64,000 nucleotides of DNA from an uncultured Bacillota bacterium (GTDB lineage: Bacteria > Sysuimicrobiota > Sysuimicrobiia > Sysuimicrobiales > Segetimicrobiaceae). Under the pieces are notes generated by a model. That model made no database searches. It worked only from the letters and a program-made list of their open reading frames with translations, and was not told where the DNA came from. Position 1 is the stretch's first letter. Each line of letters begins with the position of its first letter. Both the position numbers and the translations under genes were made by a program. Location: NCBI GenBank assembly GCA_963804645.1, contig CAWDRG010000009.1, positions 192,001 through 256,000 of the forward strand, read 5' to 3'. Positions 61,564 through 64,000 of this stretch are shown one piece after another.

Positions 61564-62244
61564 TCAGCCCTCGAGCTTGTAACCGACGCCGCGGATGGTC
61601 TCGATGGACGTCCGGCCGCCCGCCTCCTGCAGCTTGTGGCGGAGCCAGCGCACGTGGACGTCGACCGTACGGTCGTCACCGTCGTACTCGTAGCCCCACA
61701 CCTGCTGCAGGAGCAGCGCCCGCGTCAATACGCGGCCGGGGTTGGACAGAAACGCCCGGAGGAGATCGAACTGCCTCGGGGGCAGCACGACCATCTGGTC
61801 CCCGACCCGGACGATATGCCTCGCGACGTCCAGCGTGATCTCCGCGACCTGCAGCACCTCGTCCCGCGACGGTGAGGCGGCCTGCGCCCGGCGAAGGGCG
61901 GCACGCACCCGGGCGAGCACCTCGCGCACGCTGAACGGCTTGACGATGTAGTCGTCGGCCCCGAGGTCGAGGCCAACCACGCGGTCCGGCTCGTCCGCGC
62001 GTGCGGTGATCATCAGAATCGGCACCGTCGACTCATTCCGCAGCACACGGCAGACCTCGAAGCCGCTCATACCCGGCAGCATCACGTCGAGCAGCACGAC
62101 GTCAGGCTTCTTCGTCTTGGCGAGATCCAGAGCTTCCCCGCCGTCGGAGGCCTCCAGGACCTCGTAGCCCTCCTTTTCAAGCGCGTAGCGCAGGGATTCG
62201 ACGATCGCATGCTCGTCGTCCACGAGCAGGATCCGAGGTTTCAC
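61564..62244 (-). CDS. phoP: PhoP/PhoB-like OmpR-family response regulator
   Basis: LVDDE, LDVMLP, GADDYIVKPF, RTVDVHVRWLR, TIRGVGY; directly upstream of phoR. Confidence 0.88.
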   Translation of the reverse strand: MKPRILLVDDEHAIVESLRYALEKEGYEVLEASDGGEALDLAKTKKPDVVLLDVMLPGMSGFEVCRVLRNESTVPILMITARADEPDRVVGLDLGADDYIVKPFSVREVLARVRAALRRAQAASPSRDEVLQVAEITLDVARHIVRVGDQMVVLPPRQFDLLRAFLSNPGRVLTRALLLQQVWGYEYDGDDRTVDVHVRWLRHKLQEAGGRTSIETIRGVGYKLEG

Positions 62245-62320
62245 ACTCACCTCCGGGCCCCCCGGCGCGCTTGGCGCGTCTGAGAGGTTTTTCCGATCTT
62301 TCGGCCCTTGCACGGTCGCG

Positions 62321-62337
62321 GTTAATGCCGGGTTAAT
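62321..62337 (-). promoter_or_regulatory. Putative Pho box (2 x ATTAAC, 11-bp period) upstream of phoPR
   Basis: GTTAAT at 62321 and 62332 on the + strand. Confidence 0.65.
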
Positions 62338-62667
62338 CCGCATCGGTTATGCTCCTCCTTGGATGGCGGTCCGCCGGGGTACGACCGGCGGCGTCACGGA
62401 GGGTGCGTGGACACCACGCTCCGCCTCAGACGGACGAACAGGCGATGGCCGGCGGGACCTCCCAAGGACCCGAAGCGATCCGCCGGTACAAGATTCGCCG
62501 GACTCGTTCCCAAGGACGGAGCGCCACGCGCCACCTCGTTCGCCTGGATCGCCGCCATCCCCCAATATGTGCACTCGGAGCCGCGCGGAGCAGGAAGCGC
62601 GCCTGCGGCTCCGACGTTTCTGCCCGCTGCCCATCACACGTGGCCCCCGCGCGCCGGTGCGCGGGCG

Positions 62668-62853
62668 ATGCGCCGGCGGCCGCCGGCGGGACGCGGCGCC
62701 ACTCGATCCGCGACGCCTGCCGGGTCTCCCGCGCGAGCGATCCGGGCCGTTCTGGAGCGAATCGACGACGATCGCGAGCTCACGGCGCTCAAAATCGGCC
62801 TCCTCGGCCTGTTGGTCCTCGCGGCCGCAGCGCTGGAATATCTGTGGACATGA
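62668..62853 (+). CDS. Putative small membrane protein
   Basis: C-terminal TM LKIGLLGLLVLAAAALEYLWT; ATGA overlap with the next gene; start uncertain. Confidence 0.5.
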   Translation: MRRRPPAGRGATRSATPAGSPARAIRAVLERIDDDRELTALKIGLLGLLVLAAAALEYLWT

Positions 62854-63302
62854 CCCTCCGGCGGCGGACCGTCCTGTACGCCTACGTCGCCGAAGACGCC
62901 GACGGCACGCTCTCCCTGGTCTTCGTGGACGGAAACGGACGCACCCACCAGCTGATCACGCTCACGCCGGTCGGCGCGCGCACGGCCTGCGAACGGGCCC
63001 TGCGGGGCATCGTGTACGCGCTGTGGAACGCCCGCACGCTGGGGTATCGCCGGGTAGTCGTCCACAGCGACCATCCGGGAGCCGTAGCCCAGATCAACGG
63101 CGACTGTCGAGTGGACCCCGTGTTGATCGGACCGTACCTCGAGGCTCGCGCGCTCATGCACGCGTATCGCTGGGCTCGGATCAAGGTCGGAGAGATTCGG
63201 TGGCAACAACTCGGGGCACGACCCGCACAGCAGCAGCAACTCTCCGTACTCGGGCAGCGTACCGAATCGGGTCCTGAACCCGTGGCGGCCGGCTCGCGCT
63301 AG
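62850..63302 (+). CDS. RNase H-like fold protein, probably catalytically inactive
   Basis: A...ALWNARTLGYRRVVVHSD...VAQING...V...L..Y..AR.L resembles RNase HI; the first Asp/Glu and last Asp are not evident. Confidence 0.65.
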   Translation: MTLRRRTVLYAYVAEDADGTLSLVFVDGNGRTHQLITLTPVGARTACERALRGIVYALWNARTLGYRRVVVHSDHPGAVAQINGDCRVDPVLIGPYLEARALMHAYRWARIKVGEIRWQQLGARPAQQQQLSVLGQRTESGPEPVAAGSR

Positions 63303-63428
63303 GCCGGACCGCGCGCACGCCCCGCCCAATTCTGGGATGGGGCTAGGTCTTTCGGCGTCATTTCGCTCGATGATCATCCCCCCGCGCACCGCGTCACATG
63401 ATCGCCGGACCCGGGGTCAGACGCGCCT

Positions 63429-63464
63429 CCGCCGGGCGAAGGAACTGTACACCTCGCCCGGCGG
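63429..63464 (-). terminator. Stem-loop after pstS
   Basis: CCGCCGGGCGA / TCGCCCGGCGG stem about 30 bp downstream of the pstS stop. Confidence 0.6.
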
Positions 63465-63492
63465 GACGCATCTGCATCGTAACACTAACCAA

Positions 63493-64000
63493 TTACGGCA
63501 TCAGCGACTTGCCCTGATAGGTCACCTGCTTGATGATCCCCGCGTCGATCGAGAGAACCGGCGCGGGAAGCGGCGCGTAGAGCAGGAGCGGCGCGTCGTT
63601 CTGCCCATCGTGAGTCGCCCACGACAAAAACTGCACGAGCGCCTGACCCTTCGCCTGATCGGTCTGCTCTTGCGGGATCAACAGGTAGGTGAATCCGCAG
63701 ATCGGGTACGCTGTGGCGGCCGGCGAGTTCGAGATCGCCACCCGCACGTCCTTCGTCTGCACCATCTGGGTGGCGCCTCCTGCCGCGGCCGAGACCGTTG
63801 CGCTCAGCGACGGCGCGACCCAATGGCCGGCCGGGTTCTGCACCAGCGCGTACGAGAGGTGGTTCTGCATGACATACGCCAGCTCGACGTAGCCGATTGC
63901 ACCCGGCGTCTGCTGCACTGCTCCCGCGACGCCTTCGTTCCCCTTCCCGCCGATCCCGACCGGCCACTCGACGGAGGTGCCGGCACCGACCTTGGACTTC
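63493..64000 (-). CDS. pstS: Phosphate-binding protein PstS, C-terminal part
   Basis: WPVGIGGKGNEGVAG, GAIGYVELAY, YPICGFTYLL, YAPLP. Confidence 0.95.
   Translation of the reverse strand, partial: KSKVGAGTSVEWPVGIGGKGNEGVAGAVQQTPGAIGYVELAYVMQNHLSYALVQNPAGHWVAPSLSATVSAAAGGATQMVQTKDVRVAISNSPAATAYPICGFTYLLIPQEQTDQAKGQALVQFLSWATHDGQNDAPLLLYAPLPAPVLSIDAGIIKQVTYQGKSLMP

Overview
High-GC bacterial chromosome segment. A Terrabacteria-type lineage such as Armatimonadota/CSP1-3 is only a guess from gene style. The left half has three tRNA genes (Ala-UGC, Ser-UGA, Gly-CCC), each followed by accessory DNA. These carry two IS1380 elements, an IS607/TnpB element with a duplicated left end that is interrupted by an ISL3, and a 9.5-kb integrase-less island bounded by a 43-bp tRNA-Gly repeat that holds three PEP-CTERM-type genes. 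Housekeeping genes (xpt, a PP-loop ATPase, queG, coaB) lie between them. The right third (43.2-64 kb) is a phosphate supercluster: divergent ppx-ppk1, a phosphodiester glycosidase, uppP, phoU-pstBAC, phoR-phoP and pstS. Embedded in it is a six-gene GAK-type operon of unknown function: a PHP hydrolase, two amphi-Trp proteins, a PhoU-kinase fusion, an ATP-grasp ligase and an HprK-related kinase B. The best new observation is that this operon sits behind six TTAAC-like units with exact 11-bp spacing. The same array-to-(-10) geometry occurs upstream of pstC, and the same motif occurs upstream of phoP, which points to the operon being a Pho-regulon module. Five single-base frameshifts in otherwise intact genes may be assembly errors. 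All family calls come from motif recognition by eye; no searches were run.
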